Source of the DNA: an uncultured Candidatus Rokubacteria bacterium
Lineage (GTDB): Bacteria; Methylomirabilota; Methylomirabilia; Rokubacteriales; CSP1-6
Assembly (NCBI GenBank): GCA_963754315.1
Contig: CAVWFS010000010.1
Span: forward strand, 32,001-96,000
DNA length: 64,000 nucleotides
Direction: 5' to 3'
The position numbers and the translations under genes are program-made. Under the pieces are notes generated by a model. The model saw only the letters and a program-made list of their open reading frames with translations, searched no databases and had not been told where the DNA came from. Shown piece by piece: positions 9,639 through 19,784 of the stretch (position 1 is the stretch's first letter; each line of letters begins with the position of its first letter).

Positions 9639-10424
9639 TCAAGGGTGATCCTCCCCCCTGGTCTCGCCGATCTGACGGCGGATGGCCGCCACGCACGCCT
9701 GAAAGTCGGGGCGGGTGGTCATGGCGAGGTTGCGCGGAGCGGGCAGTTCCACCGGCACCACCGCGGCCACCTTGCCCGGCCGGCGCGTGATGACCACCAC
9801 TCGGTGTCCGAGCAGGACGGCCTCGGGAATCGAGTGCGTGACGAAGAGGACGGTCTTGACCTCCTCCCGCCAGATGCGCAGCAGCTCCACCGACAACTCC
9901 TCACGGGTCATGGCGTCGAGGGCGCCGAATGGTTCATCCATGAGAAGGATCGAGGGACGGAAGAGGAGCGCTCGGCAGATGGCCACCCGCTGCTGCATGC
10001 CTCCCGAAAGCTCGCGCGGATACTTGCGCTCGAAACCCTCCAGCCCCACCAGTCGGAGCAACGCCAGCGCGCGCTCGTGGGCCTCGTGCCGGTCCAGGCC
10101 AAGGATGACGGCGGGGAAGAGGACGTTGTCAAGGACGTTCTTCCAGCGGAGCAGCACGGGGCTTTGGAAGACCATTCCGAGGTCGCGTTGGGGACCCACG
10201 ACGCGACGCCCATCGAGGAAGACGTCGCCTGCGCTCACCGCGATCACCCCGGCCAAGAGCTTGAGCAGGGTGGACTTGCCGCAGCCGCTCGGTCCGACGA
10301 TGGTGACAAACTCGTTCTGGCCCACCTCGAAGCTCACGCCGGCGAGGGCCTCCACCAACTCACCGGCTCGCGTGGCGAAGGTCTTTCGCACATCTCGGAA
10401 TGCGATGCGGGGTGGTCCGGCCAC
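9639..10424 (-). CDS. NitT/TauT-family ABC transporter ATP-binding protein
   Basis: GPSGCGKST, LSGGMQQR, LLMDEPFGALD and VTHS. GTG start inferred. Confidence 0.92.
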   Translation of the reverse strand: MAGPPRIAFRDVRKTFATRAGELVEALAGVSFEVGQNEFVTIVGPSGCGKSTLLKLLAGVIAVSAGDVFLDGRRVVGPQRDLGMVFQSPVLLRWKNVLDNVLFPAVILGLDRHEAHERALALLRLVGLEGFERKYPRELSGGMQQRVAICRALLFRPSILLMDEPFGALDAMTREELSVELLRIWREEVKTVLFVTHSIPEAVLLGHRVVVITRRPGKVAAVVPVELPAPRNLAMTTRPDFQACVAAIRRQIGETRGEDHP

Positions 10425-10432
10425 GCCGCCGC

Positions 10433-11224
10433 TCAAAGGCCGACCGGTCGGCTCTCGGTCTCCGGAAGACACCACGGCAATGTCACACGCTCCACCACTT
10501 CGACCGCCCAGAAGAGCGCCATGCCCAGGACAGCGAGCAGGAGGATGGCCACGAAGGCCAGATCGGTCTTGAGCTGCGAGGAGGCGATCAGGATGAGGTA
10601 GCCGAGGCCGGAGTCCGCTCCCACGAACTCTCCGATCACGGCGCCCACCACGGCCAGAGTCACCGCGACCTTGCACGCGCTAAAGGTGTGGGGCAGGGCG
10701 CTGGGAAGACGGATGTGCCAGAAGATCTGGAGCCGGTTCGCCGAGAGCGAGCGCACGAGATGAAGCAGGTCCTCCTCGATGAGAACCATGCCCGTGGCCG
10801 TGTTGACGACGATAGGGAAGAAGGCGATGAGGAAGGCCACGATCACCTTTGGCATCTCGCCGGTACCGAACCATACAAGGAGAAGGGGGGCGATTGCGGT
10901 CTTGGGGACCGATTGGATCGCGGCCAGGATCGGGTAGAGAGCCCGCCAGATGACGCCCGAGCTCACCAGGAGCGCGGCGAGCGGAATGCCTACCGCAACC
11001 GCCGCCCCGAAGCCCACGAGGGTCTCGTAGAGGGTGACCCAGATGTGGGCGAGCAGGGTTGCCCGCGCCTCCCATGCCGCGCGCGCGATGTCGGTGGGGG
11101 TGGGCAGGAGCCAGAGAGGAATGTCCCAGAGTCGCGCGGTCACTTGCCACACGGCGAGGAGGCCACCGAGCCCGAGAATGGCCGGAGCGACCTCGCCGAG
11201 TCTTCGTCGGAGACGGGATGCCAG
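10433..11224 (-). CDS. NitT/TauT-family ABC permease
   Basis: IQSVPKTAIAPLLLVWFG, FFPIVVNT and AVVGAVIGEFVG. The frame stays open upstream of GTG 11152 to a CTG at 11224 preceded by GGAGG. Confidence 0.88.
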   Translation of the reverse strand: MASRLRRRLGEVAPAILGLGGLLAVWQVTARLWDIPLWLLPTPTDIARAAWEARATLLAHIWVTLYETLVGFGAAVAVGIPLAALLVSSGVIWRALYPILAAIQSVPKTAIAPLLLVWFGTGEMPKVIVAFLIAFFPIVVNTATGMVLIEEDLLHLVRSLSANRLQIFWHIRLPSALPHTFSACKVAVTLAVVGAVIGEFVGADSGLGYLILIASSQLKTDLAFVAILLLAVLGMALFWAVEVVERVTLPWCLPETESRPVGL

Positions 11225-11241
11225 CGGGCCAGCCTCCGGCG

Positions 11242-12216
11242 CTATCGCGGCAGGAGCGTGTTGGTGTAAAGCTCGTCGGGCGGTACCGCGACTTTGAGAT
11301 CGTACGTCTGGGTGATCACGTCACGAGTCACCCGCATCTTTTCCGCGTCCATGTACCCGATGCCGTGCTGCTTGGCCTCGGGTGTCCATACGAGATCGTT
11401 CACGATGCGGATCTCGGCGGCGGCGGTGTCGGCGTCCAGTTCCGGATGGCGGGCCTTCACGATCTTGGCGGCCTCATCGGGATTCTTCGTGGCCCAGTCG
11501 ATGCCTTGATAGGCTGCTTTGAGAAGCTTGCGCACGAGGTCGGGCTGTTCCTTGACGAGTTCCTCCTTGACCATGATCGCGTTGCTATAGATGTTCAGCC
11601 CGTAGTCGGCGTAGAGCATCGGCTGGATCTCGACACCCGCCTCCTTGGCCTTCTTGCTTACCGTGGGCAGCCCAATGTAGTAGTCGATGACCGCATCCAC
11701 GCGCTTGCTCAAGAGCATGGGCAAGTGCGAGGGCGCGTCGATCGTCGCCCAGTTCACCTTGGCCGCGTCCACCCCAGCCAGCTTGGCGAAGGCCGGGAAG
11801 AGCTGGCGCACCACGCTCCCCGCCGCCGAGCCGATTGTTTTGCCCTCCAAATCCTTGGGGGTGCGCACGCCGGCGTCTTTGCGGATCCAGAGAACGTACG
11901 GTGCCTTGCCGTACACCATGCCCACGGCCTTCACCTTGATGCCCTGCGAGCGCGCGATGACCAGACTTCCGGTATCCCCCATGCCGATACCGATGGTGCC
12001 GGCGGCGATGCGCTTGATGGCGTCGTTGGCGCCATAGCCGCGCACCACCTCGACGTCGAGCCCCTCGGCCTTGAAGAAGCCCTTTTCCTGGGCCACCACG
12101 AAGCCGGCGTGGCGACCGAAGACCTGCCAGTCCATGCCGAAGCTGATCTTGTCGGCCGCCTCGGCGTGGCCGGTTACGAGCAGAACGAGCAGCGCGCACA
12201 GAACACGAACACACAT
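11242..12216 (-). CDS. NMT1/THI5-like ABC substrate-binding protein
   Basis: Signal peptide, AQEKGFFKAEGLDVEV, DLEGKTIG and YSNAIMV, with a GGGAG RBS. Confidence 0.88.
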   Translation of the reverse strand: MCVRVLCALLVLLVTGHAEAADKISFGMDWQVFGRHAGFVVAQEKGFFKAEGLDVEVVRGYGANDAIKRIAAGTIGIGMGDTGSLVIARSQGIKVKAVGMVYGKAPYVLWIRKDAGVRTPKDLEGKTIGSAAGSVVRQLFPAFAKLAGVDAAKVNWATIDAPSHLPMLLSKRVDAVIDYYIGLPTVSKKAKEAGVEIQPMLYADYGLNIYSNAIMVKEELVKEQPDLVRKLLKAAYQGIDWATKNPDEAAKIVKARHPELDADTAAAEIRIVNDLVWTPEAKQHGIGYMDAEKMRVTRDVITQTYDLKVAVPPDELYTNTLLPR

Positions 12217-12347
12217 GAGACGACTCCCTGGCCGGGGTGTCGGCGTCAAGCGCCGGGCCCGTGCTTCGGACTCGATCGACCGGCGAGGCCATAGTCTATA
12301 CCACAGCCAGGCGGAGCGGTGATGGGCCCGCCCTCGCGGCGCGTTCC

Positions 12348-12364
12348 TGTCAGGAGTTTTGACA
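12348..12364. promoter_or_regulatory. Dyad TGTCA-N7-TGACA, candidate transcription-factor site
   Basis: Dyad read directly in the divergent intergenic region. Confidence 0.35.
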
Positions 12365-12427
12365 CCCGCAGCGGATTGCCGTGCGGCTTTGCATGCCCTC
12401 ACACGTTTCCGCGCAACTTCCCGACAA

Positions 12428-12451
12428 GCAGCGTAGAATGCTCTACGCTGC
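12428..12451. promoter_or_regulatory. Perfect 10-bp inverted repeat GCAGCGTAGA-ATGC-TCTACGCTGC
   Basis: Read directly between the divergent ABC and desaturase genes. Confidence 0.45.
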
Positions 12452-12655
12452 ATGCAATCCGCGTCCGCCTCCTTGCTCTCCGGGGAGGACAGGGAGGCCC
12501 GGCATCCAGATCGTCGCAGATGTCCCTTGGCGGGGTGTTGCAAGCATCGTGAAACGTGCCATTGCCGCGCGCTGAGACCCGGGCTCACCGTCCAGCAGCT
12601 GACGTTCCGGCGCTAAGAGACATCACGCACCAACGAGCCTAAAGGAGACCGTTCA

Positions 12656-13396
12656 GTGTTAGAGGTGTGCCTTGTTGTGTTGATCACCCTTGCCTTGACC
12701 CAAGTGGCCGTGATCGCAACCTCGATCTATTTGCATCGTGGTCTCGCTCACCGGTCCCTGGCGATACATCCGATTGCCGACGTCATCTTCCGCGTGCTCC
12801 TGTGGCTCACCACGGGGCAGCGCCGACAAGAATGGGTGGCGGTGCACCGAAAGCACCACGCGTTTACCGACCGGGAAGGGGACCCGCATAGCCCTCGGCT
12901 GTTGGGACTTTGGCGAGTACAACTTCTGAACGTGTACTACTACATTCGGGAAGCAAAGAACCCTGACACCATCCGCAGGTTTGCCCCGGATATCCAGGCA
13001 GACTGGCTCGACCGCTGGGTATTCAGCAGAGGCTGGACGGGGCTGGTCCTGGGGACAGCGCTCGCGTGTCTCGTGTTCGGTCTGTGGGTGGGCCTGGTGG
13101 CCGCGGCGCTGCACGCGATCCTGTACGTGTTCCTCCTCGCACCCTTGATCAACGGCCTCGGTCACTGGCGAGGCGGACAGAACTTCGATAACACGGCCTA
13201 TAACTCGCGCGTGCTCGCCTGGGTGACGGGCGGCGAGAGCCTGCACAATAACCATCATGCCCTCCCGCGAGCCCCCAAGTTCAGCGTTCGGGCCTGGGAG
13301 TGGGATCCCTCGTGGCTTGTGATTCGCGTGCTCGCCGCCGTGCGGCTGGTGGCGGTGGTAGGACGCCACGCGCCGGAACTGGTGATAAGCGCTTAA
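12656..13396 (+). CDS. Membrane fatty acid (acyl-CoA delta-9-type) desaturase
   Basis: His boxes YLHRGLAH, HRKHH..DPHSP and GESLHNNHH, with an AAGGAG RBS. Confidence 0.92.
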   Translation: MLEVCLVVLITLALTQVAVIATSIYLHRGLAHRSLAIHPIADVIFRVLLWLTTGQRRQEWVAVHRKHHAFTDREGDPHSPRLLGLWRVQLLNVYYYIREAKNPDTIRRFAPDIQADWLDRWVFSRGWTGLVLGTALACLVFGLWVGLVAAALHAILYVFLLAPLINGLGHWRGGQNFDNTAYNSRVLAWVTGGESLHNNHHALPRAPKFSVRAWEWDPSWLVIRVLAAVRLVAVVGRHAPELVISA

Positions 13397-13732
13397 AAAT
13401 CGAAGACTTGGGCTCCGTCTCGTTTGACCAAAGAAAGAGCCGCCCGGTGCAATCGTCCTCCTAGCGCCGAGCGCCTGGTCGGGCGGGGCTGGGAAGGTCA
13501 CCGTCTCTTCACGCGTAAGTCGCGCCTCCCTCGGCAATCCGTGCATTTAATAATAGAGGTGAGACGAGCGTAGGCGCTCAGTCGCGAGACCCTCCGCTGG
13601 GGTCGTGGGGAGAGACGTTTCATGTTTCGGGCCGCTGCTACCACCTTTCGCCACCCGCTACGCGCACTGGCACGCGTCTTCACTGCCGGTCCCTTCCTGG
13701 GCCATATATCGAGCCCGACCAACTCCACGACA

Positions 13733-16700
13733 ATGCTTTCCTCGAGGCGCGGCCGCTGGCTCCGAGCGCTCGGTCCGATTGTTCTGGCACTTCTCGGGCT
13801 GGCGGCTGTGGTGGTCTACTACGAGGCGCAGACCTCCGCCCTGCAGGCGTTCTTTCTGTCGCGGTACGTCAGCAAGGTGTCCTATGAGGTCGGACACGGG
13901 TCGAGCCGCGCCATCGCTTTCCCGGTGGGAGGGCCTTTCGACCGACGACGGGGCTACTCGCTGATCCCCGAGTTCCAGGATCGCCTGCAGGCGCGCGGCT
14001 ACCAGGTCGTGGAGCAGGCGCGCCAGTCCGCCGAGATGGCACGGTTGATGGCGCTGGAGATCACTCCGCCCTACCGGGAGACGCCCTCTGCAGGCTTGCA
14101 GATCCGCGCCCAGGGCATGCCGATCCACGATGTTCGCCCTCAGCGTGGCTTCTATCAGAGGCTCGACGACGTGCCTCCCCTGGTCGTGAACACACTGCTC
14201 TACATCGAGAACCGCGATCTGGCACGGGTGCCGGATCCCCGCAGCAACCCGGCGGTGGACTGGCCGCGCCTGGCCAAGGCCACCATGCTCTATGTGGGAC
14301 ACAAGGTCGGACTCGCCAGCCATGTCGAGGGCGGTAGCACCCTGGCCACGCAGCTGGAGAAGTATCGCCATTCCCCGGAAGGGCGAACCGATTCCGCGAC
14401 AGACAAGCTCAAGCAGTTGGCGGCGGCGAGCCTCAAGGCCTACCAGGACGGTCCGGACACGCGGGCGCATCGGCGCCGGATCGTCGTCGACTATCTGAAC
14501 ACGATGCCGCTGTCCGCGGTCCCCGGCTTGGGTGAAGTGTCGGGGTTGGGAGAGGGTTTGCACGGGTGGTTTGGTCTTGAGCTCGAGGATGTCTCCCGTG
14601 CCCTGTCCGGTCCGGGGGCTACTCCGGAGAAGGCCCGGGCGTTCAAGCACGTGCTGGCCTTGCTCTGTGCGGTTCGGGCTCCGAGCTTCTATCTGCTCGA
14701 GAATCACGCGGCCCTCGAACAGCGCGTCACGGCGTACACGAATTTGCTCGAGACGGCCGGAGTCCTCGATAGCGACCTCCGGCGACAAGTCTCCGACGTT
14801 CCCCTCCGGTTCGCCGATCCAGTTGCCGCCCGCCCGCCGGTATTCGTGGGACGCAAGGCTGCTGCCAGTGTCATGCGTGAGGAGCTGCGACAGATGTTGG
14901 GGGTGGCCAGCTTCTATCAGCTGGACCGGCTCGATGTCGCCGTCGACACCAGCGTGGATGTGCCGCTCCAGGAAGCCACACTCCGCCTGTTTCGGGCCCT
15001 GGAGGATGCCGATTTCGTCCAGGCCCACGGGCTGCGCGCGGAGCGCATGCTGGCCCAAGGCGATCCGCGGCGGGTCATCTACAGTCTGTCGCTCTTCGAG
15101 CGTGGCCCAGACGGCAACGTGCTGCGCGTTCAGGTCGACAACCTCGACAAGCCATTCGATATGAATGAGGGGATGAAGCTCGAGCTTGGCAGCACGGCGA
15201 AGCTCCGGGCGCTGGCACATTACCTGGAGCTCATGGCCGCTCTCCACGGCGAGTTTTCCGGCCTCGAGACTCCCGCACTGGCCAAGCTCGCTGCTTCCGC
15301 GCGGGACCCGCTCACCCGGTGGGGGGCCGAGACGCTCGGGGGTCAACCCCGTCTCGATCTGGCCGCATTCCTCCAACTGGCGCTCGATCGCAAGTACTCG
15401 GCGAGCCCGTACGAGGCGTTCTTCACCGGCAGCGGCATGCACACGTTCGGCAACTTCGACTCGGAGGCTGAGGATCGTTTGCAGCTCACGGTACGGCAGG
15501 CATTCGTGCGCTCGACGAATCTGGTGTACATCCGCCTGATGCGCGATGTGGTGCGGTACCACGAGGCCCGGCTCCCGTACGATGCCAAGGCGGTGCTGGC
15601 CGACCCGGAGGACCCGGTTCGTCGCCGTTTCTTGCGGGAGATCGCCGAGGAGGAGGAGCGGCAGGCACTGTGGCGGGCCTACCGCGCCTACCATCCCCTC
15701 GACGCGGACGCGGACGCGTCGGCGGCGCGACTGCTGCGTGGGCGCAAGAGCTCCGCTCGCGAGCTGGCCAAAGTCTTCTACGCCTGGAATCCGGGTGCGA
15801 GCGTCGAGGAGCTGGAGCAGTGGCTGTCCGAGCGGGTGGATGGGCTGACAACGGACGACGTTCATCGACTCGCGAGGGCATACGGCGGGCCGCGCCTGAC
15901 CCTCTCCGACTTCGGGTACCTCCTTGGGCGCCATCCGATCGAGGTGTGGGTCGCCGGAGAGATGATGCGTACCCCCTCACTCTCCTGGGAGGAGCTCCTG
16001 AGCCGAAGCGACGCCGTGAGGCGGCAGTCCTCCGCCTGGCTCTTCCACACGCGCAACCGCCGCGCCCAGGATCTGCGCCTGCGCATCCGGATCGAACGCG
16101 ACGCCTTCGCGCGCATGACACCGGCCTGGCGTCGCCTCGGCTTTCCCTTCGAGCGGCTGGTGCCGTCGTACGCCTCCGCCATCGGCAGCTCGTCTGATCG
16201 ACCGGCCGCCCTCGCCGAGCTGATGGGGATCGTGCTCAACGACGGCGTGCGTCGCCCAGTGCGCGCCATCGCGCGCGTGACCCTGGCTCAGGACACGCCC
16301 TACCACACTGTCTTCCAGCCCACGCCGGCGGCCGGCGAGCGGGTGCTGCCCGTGCCGGTGGCACGAGCGCTCCGGGGTATGCTCGTCAGCGTGGTCGAGC
16401 AGGGCACGGCTCGGCGGCTTCGCGGCGCCTTCACCGGTGAGGGACGCGAGATGGTGACGGTGGGCGCAAAGACCGGATCGGGCGACAACCGCTTCGAAAG
16501 GTTCGCCCGTGGCGGCGGCGTCATCTCCTCGCGCGTGGTGAGCCGGACGGGGACGGTCGTGTTCTTCATCGGCGACCGCTACTTCGGAACTCTGACCGCA
16601 TCGGTCTCGGGCAAGCACGCGGCGAGCTACCAGTTCACGAGCGCACTGCCCGTGGCCGTCCTCAGGATGCTGGCGCCCAAGATCAGCGCCCGCCTGGGCG

Positions 16701-16753
16701 GCGAAGCTTTGCCACCGGGCCCGGTTACACCCAGGGATGGCCTTCGAAGGTAA
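13733..16753 (+). CDS. Large class A penicillin-binding protein (transglycosylase + transpeptidase)
   Basis: N-terminal TM; GT51-like IENR and GGSTLATQLEK; transpeptidase motifs STAK, STN and KTG. Start could be 13622. Confidence 0.82.
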   Translation: MLSSRRGRWLRALGPIVLALLGLAAVVVYYEAQTSALQAFFLSRYVSKVSYEVGHGSSRAIAFPVGGPFDRRRGYSLIPEFQDRLQARGYQVVEQARQSAEMARLMALEITPPYRETPSAGLQIRAQGMPIHDVRPQRGFYQRLDDVPPLVVNTLLYIENRDLARVPDPRSNPAVDWPRLAKATMLYVGHKVGLASHVEGGSTLATQLEKYRHSPEGRTDSATDKLKQLAAASLKAYQDGPDTRAHRRRIVVDYLNTMPLSAVPGLGEVSGLGEGLHGWFGLELEDVSRALSGPGATPEKARAFKHVLALLCAVRAPSFYLLENHAALEQRVTAYTNLLETAGVLDSDLRRQVSDVPLRFADPVAARPPVFVGRKAAASVMREELRQMLGVASFYQLDRLDVAVDTSVDVPLQEATLRLFRALEDADFVQAHGLRAERMLAQGDPRRVIYSLSLFERGPDGNVLRVQVDNLDKPFDMNEGMKLELGSTAKLRALAHYLELMAALHGEFSGLETPALAKLAASARDPLTRWGAETLGGQPRLDLAAFLQLALDRKYSASPYEAFFTGSGMHTFGNFDSEAEDRLQLTVRQAFVRSTNLVYIRLMRDVVRYHEARLPYDAKAVLADPEDPVRRRFLREIAEEEERQALWRAYRAYHPLDADADASAARLLRGRKSSARELAKVFYAWNPGASVEELEQWLSERVDGLTTDDVHRLARAYGGPRLTLSDFGYLLGRHPIEVWVAGEMMRTPSLSWEELLSRSDAVRRQSSAWLFHTRNRRAQDLRLRIRIERDAFARMTPAWRRLGFPFERLVPSYASAIGSSSDRPAALAELMGIVLNDGVRRPVRAIARVTLAQDTPYHTVFQPTPAAGERVLPVPVARALRGMLVSVVEQGTARRLRGAFTGEGREMVTVGAKTGSGDNRFERFARGGGVISSRVVSRTGTVVFFIGDRYFGTLTASVSGKHAASYQFTSALPVAVLRMLAPKISARLGGEALPPGPVTPRDGLRR

Positions 16754-16771
16754 CGAAGGCGAGATGCACGC

Positions 16772-18151
16772 ATGTCCGATGAAATGAACATCCCCAGTGC
16801 GGCTCGGATCATCCGCGATCGCGATTTCATTGCCCTGCACGAGATGGTCAAGCACTGGCCGCCTCCCCGCGCCGCCGCCTTCATCCAGGGGTTGCCCGTC
16901 GACGAGCAGGTCATCTTCTTTCGCATGCTTCCTCGCGAGCTCGCCACCGACGTCTTCGAGTACCTCCCCGTCGACGCCCAGGAGAGCCTCCTGAAGGCTA
17001 TGGGGCACGAGGAGGTGGCGCGGATCCTCAACGAGATGGCCCCCGACGACCGGACAGCCCTGCTCGACGAGCTGCCCGCGGCGGCGACCAAGCAGCTTCT
17101 CGCGTTACTCACACCGGAGGAGCGGGCGGTCGCCGTTGCGCTCCTCGGGTATCCCGAAGGCAGTATCGGGCGTCTCATGACCCCCGACTACGTGCGCAGT
17201 CGGCCCGACTGGACTATCGAGCACGTCCTCGATCACATCCGTCGGTACGGCAGTGACAGCGAGACACTCTCCATCGTCTACGTCATCGATGAGGGCGAAC
17301 GGCTGATCGGCGAGATCGGGATCCGCCGGATCCTCCTCTCGCCGCTCATGGCCCGTGTCAGCGAGGTCATGGACCATCACGTGATCGCCCTCAAGGCGGC
17401 GGACCCTCAGGAATCGGCGGTGCCTGTCTTTCAGCGCGAAGGCCGCGTGGCCCTGCCGGTGACGGACTCGGACGGGGTGCTCATCGGGATCGTCACCGTC
17501 GACGACGTGCTCGACGTTGCCCAAACGGAAGCGACGAACACGTTGCAGCGTTTCGGCGGTGTGGAAGCGCTCAACGAGCCGTACCTCGAGCTTTCTCTTT
17601 CGCGGATGGTGCGGAAGCGAGCGGGATGGCTGGTCATCCTGTTCCTGGGCGAGATGCTCACGGCAACCGCGATGGGGTTCTTCGAGAGGGAGATCGAGCG
17701 CGCGGTGGTGCTCGCGCTGTTCGTGCCCCTCATCATCTCGAGTGGCGGCAATTCTGGTTCCCAGGCCGCCACCCTGGTGATCCGGGCCCTGGCGGTGGGG
17801 CAGGTCCGGCTACGCCAGTGGTGGCGCGTACTGTCCGGGGAGATCGCGACCGGGCTCGCGCTCGGCTCGATCCTCGGCGCTATCGGGTTTGGCCGCATCG
17901 CGTTGTGGTCTGCGTTCAGCGCTCTTTATGGCGAGCACTGGCTCCTCGTGGCCATCACGGTGGGCATCGCCTTGATCGGCGTCGTCCTCTGGGGAACCCT
18001 CGCGGGTTCGATGCTGCCCTTCGTTCTTCGCCGACTTGGTTTCGACCCCGCAGTCTCGTCGGCCCCCTTCGTGGCCACCCTGGTCGACGTCACGGGCCTG
18101 GTGATCTACTTCAGCGTGGCCGCAGTGATCCTCCGCGGCACCCTTCTCTGA
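16772..18151 (+). CDS. mgtE: Magnesium transporter MgtE
   Basis: MAPDDR, YPEGSIGRLMTPDY, CBS pair, SSGGNSGSQ and DPAVSSAPFVATLVDVTG. Confidence 0.96.
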   Translation: MSDEMNIPSAARIIRDRDFIALHEMVKHWPPPRAAAFIQGLPVDEQVIFFRMLPRELATDVFEYLPVDAQESLLKAMGHEEVARILNEMAPDDRTALLDELPAAATKQLLALLTPEERAVAVALLGYPEGSIGRLMTPDYVRSRPDWTIEHVLDHIRRYGSDSETLSIVYVIDEGERLIGEIGIRRILLSPLMARVSEVMDHHVIALKAADPQESAVPVFQREGRVALPVTDSDGVLIGIVTVDDVLDVAQTEATNTLQRFGGVEALNEPYLELSLSRMVRKRAGWLVILFLGEMLTATAMGFFEREIERAVVLALFVPLIISSGGNSGSQAATLVIRALAVGQVRLRQWWRVLSGEIATGLALGSILGAIGFGRIALWSAFSALYGEHWLLVAITVGIALIGVVLWGTLAGSMLPFVLRRLGFDPAVSSAPFVATLVDVTGLVIYFSVAAVILRGTLL

Positions 18152-18270
18152 GGCGGCCGCCGGCCTGGTGGCCGGCCTGACGATCCTGCTTCTCCGACGA
18201 TGTCAGTCGGCCACGCGCACGGCCGTCCATGAACGGCGTCCGCGGGGATGGCGATCCCATCCCCGCGGAA

Positions 18271-18636
18271 TCATCGCTGCGCCCCCGGGGGCGCAGGCGC
18301 GGCCGTTTCCCGGATCGGCCGGATCGGCCGCACCTCGACGCTGCCCACCCGCGCTGGCGGGATCTTGGCGGCGAGCTGGATCGCCTCGTTCAGATCTCTG
18401 GCTTCGATCAGGTAGAACCCCGCCAGCTGCTCCTTGGTCTCGGCGAATGGACCATCCGTGACGGCCACTTTCCCGTTGCGGACTCGCACGGTCGTGGCGG
18501 TCTCAACCGGCTGCAGTGCCTCCGAAGCCAGGCAGTGCCCAGCCTCCCGGAGGGCCGTATCGTAGGCGAGGCACTCACTATCGGCCATGCCTTCGAGCTT
18601 CTTCTCTTCTCCGTAGACCAGGCAGAGATACTTCAT
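18271..18636 (-). CDS. YciI/DGPF-domain protein
   Basis: MKYLCLVY..TDGPFAETKEQLAGFYLIEA..GSVEVRPI. Confidence 0.93.
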   Translation of the reverse strand: MKYLCLVYGEEKKLEGMADSECLAYDTALREAGHCLASEALQPVETATTVRVRNGKVAVTDGPFAETKEQLAGFYLIEARDLNEAIQLAAKIPPARVGSVEVRPIRPIRETAAPAPPGAQR

Positions 18637-18638
18637 GG

Positions 18639-19052
18639 TTACTCCGAAACGTTGATCATCCACCCTACCCCGAACCGATCGGTCACCATGCCGAAGCAGG
18701 GAGAGAAAAACGTCTTGGTGAGCGGCATCTGTACCTGGCCGCCTTCCGTCAAGGCAGCGAACAACCGCTCGGCCTCAGCGGGGGCGGCTGCCGAGATCGA
18801 CAGGGAGAAGCCCTGGAAGCCCGGCTGCCCCGAGCAGGATCCATCGGAGGCCATCACCGTCGTGTCGCCAACTCGCAGGCTCGCATGCATCACCTTGTTT
18901 TCGGAGCCCGGCGGGACCATTCCGGGTGGCGGCGGGTCAGGGCTTTCCTTGTAGCGCATCAGCATGTCAACTTTGGCACCGAGCGCGCGGCGGTAGAACT
19001 CGATGGCCTCTTCACAGCGACCGTTGAAGAACAGGTAGGGTTGGACTTGCAT
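18639..19052 (-). CDS. VOC-family (PhnB-like) protein
   Basis: QPYLFFNGRCEEAIEFY, VMHASL and FGMVTDRFGVGWMI. Confidence 0.92.
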   Translation of the reverse strand: MQVQPYLFFNGRCEEAIEFYRRALGAKVDMLMRYKESPDPPPPGMVPPGSENKVMHASLRVGDTTVMASDGSCSGQPGFQGFSLSISAAAPAEAERLFAALTEGGQVQMPLTKTFFSPCFGMVTDRFGVGWMINVSE

Positions 19053-19099
19053 GACGTCGTCTCCTCTCTTGGGTGTGAGGGGCCGTCGCAACATAACAC

Positions 19100-19539
19100 C
19101 TAGCGCTTGGAAGCCTTGGCCAGTTGCTCGGCTTGGGCACGCTGGCGTTCTTCCTGCGCTCTCAGTTCGGGCGTGAACTCAGCACCGAAATCGTCCGCCT
19201 CGAACACCTGACGAATCTCGATCTCGGTCTCTTCATTGTGAGGGTTAGGGCAACGCTTGACCCATTCGATCGCCTCCTCCATCGATTTCACCTGCCACAG
19301 CCAGAAGCCAGCCACCAGCTCCTTCGTTTCGGCAAACGGCCCGTCGACTACCTGCGCTTGTTCCCGGAGAAGCGGACGCGAGCGCCCCTGGAGCTCGGGT
19401 GCAGCCCCTCGCCCGCCAGCAGGATGCCGGCCTTCACCAGCTCCTCGTTGTACTTGATCATCTCGGCCAGCAGTTGCTTGCTCGGCATTACACCGGCTTC
19501 CGAGTCCCTGGTAGCTTTTACCAAGACCATGAATCGCAT
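19100..19539 (-). CDS. YciI/DGPF-domain protein (one frameshift near 19352)
   Basis: MRFMVLVKAT..SEAG..GEGLHPSSRGARVRFSG in one frame continues as VVDGPFAETKELVAGFWLWQVKSMEEAIEWVKRCP in another. Confidence 0.88.
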
Positions 19540-19638
19540 CCGCGTGACTCCTTTGTCGGGTCAGGTACGGGGCAGGGTCAGGACGGTCTCGCCTAGACCT
19601 GCTCTCCCTTTCAGCGTAACAACTGTCCACACCCTGTT

Positions 19639-19665
19639 GTCGACCGGGAGGGCGCCAGATCGACA
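19639..19665 (-). promoter_or_regulatory. ECF42-type promoter (TGTCGA-N17-CGAC)
   Basis: The minus strand reads TGTCGA tctggcgccctcccggt CGAC about 100 bp upstream of the DGPF operon. This matches the reported ECF42 consensus (TGTCGA / CGWC). Confidence 0.65.
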
Positions 19666-19784
19666 AGAGTTCCATCAATCTGACCTGCTATGCTGGATAC
19701 TCGGTGAAAGCGAGCGTGCTCGAAGCGATCGCCCGCTTGACGGCCCGCGACCACCTGCTGATCGTGTCGAGCCGGGGGGCGACG

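Noticed and set aside
12527..12543. Sigma54-like TGGC...TTGCA
   Set aside because: GG-to-GC spacing is 9 rather than the required 10 nt.
12530..12620. Possible TPP riboswitch (GGGGTG...GCTGAGA) near a THI5-like transporter
   Set aside because: It lacks the ACCTGAT and downstream P4/P5 consensus, and lies on the strand facing the desaturase, not the transporter.
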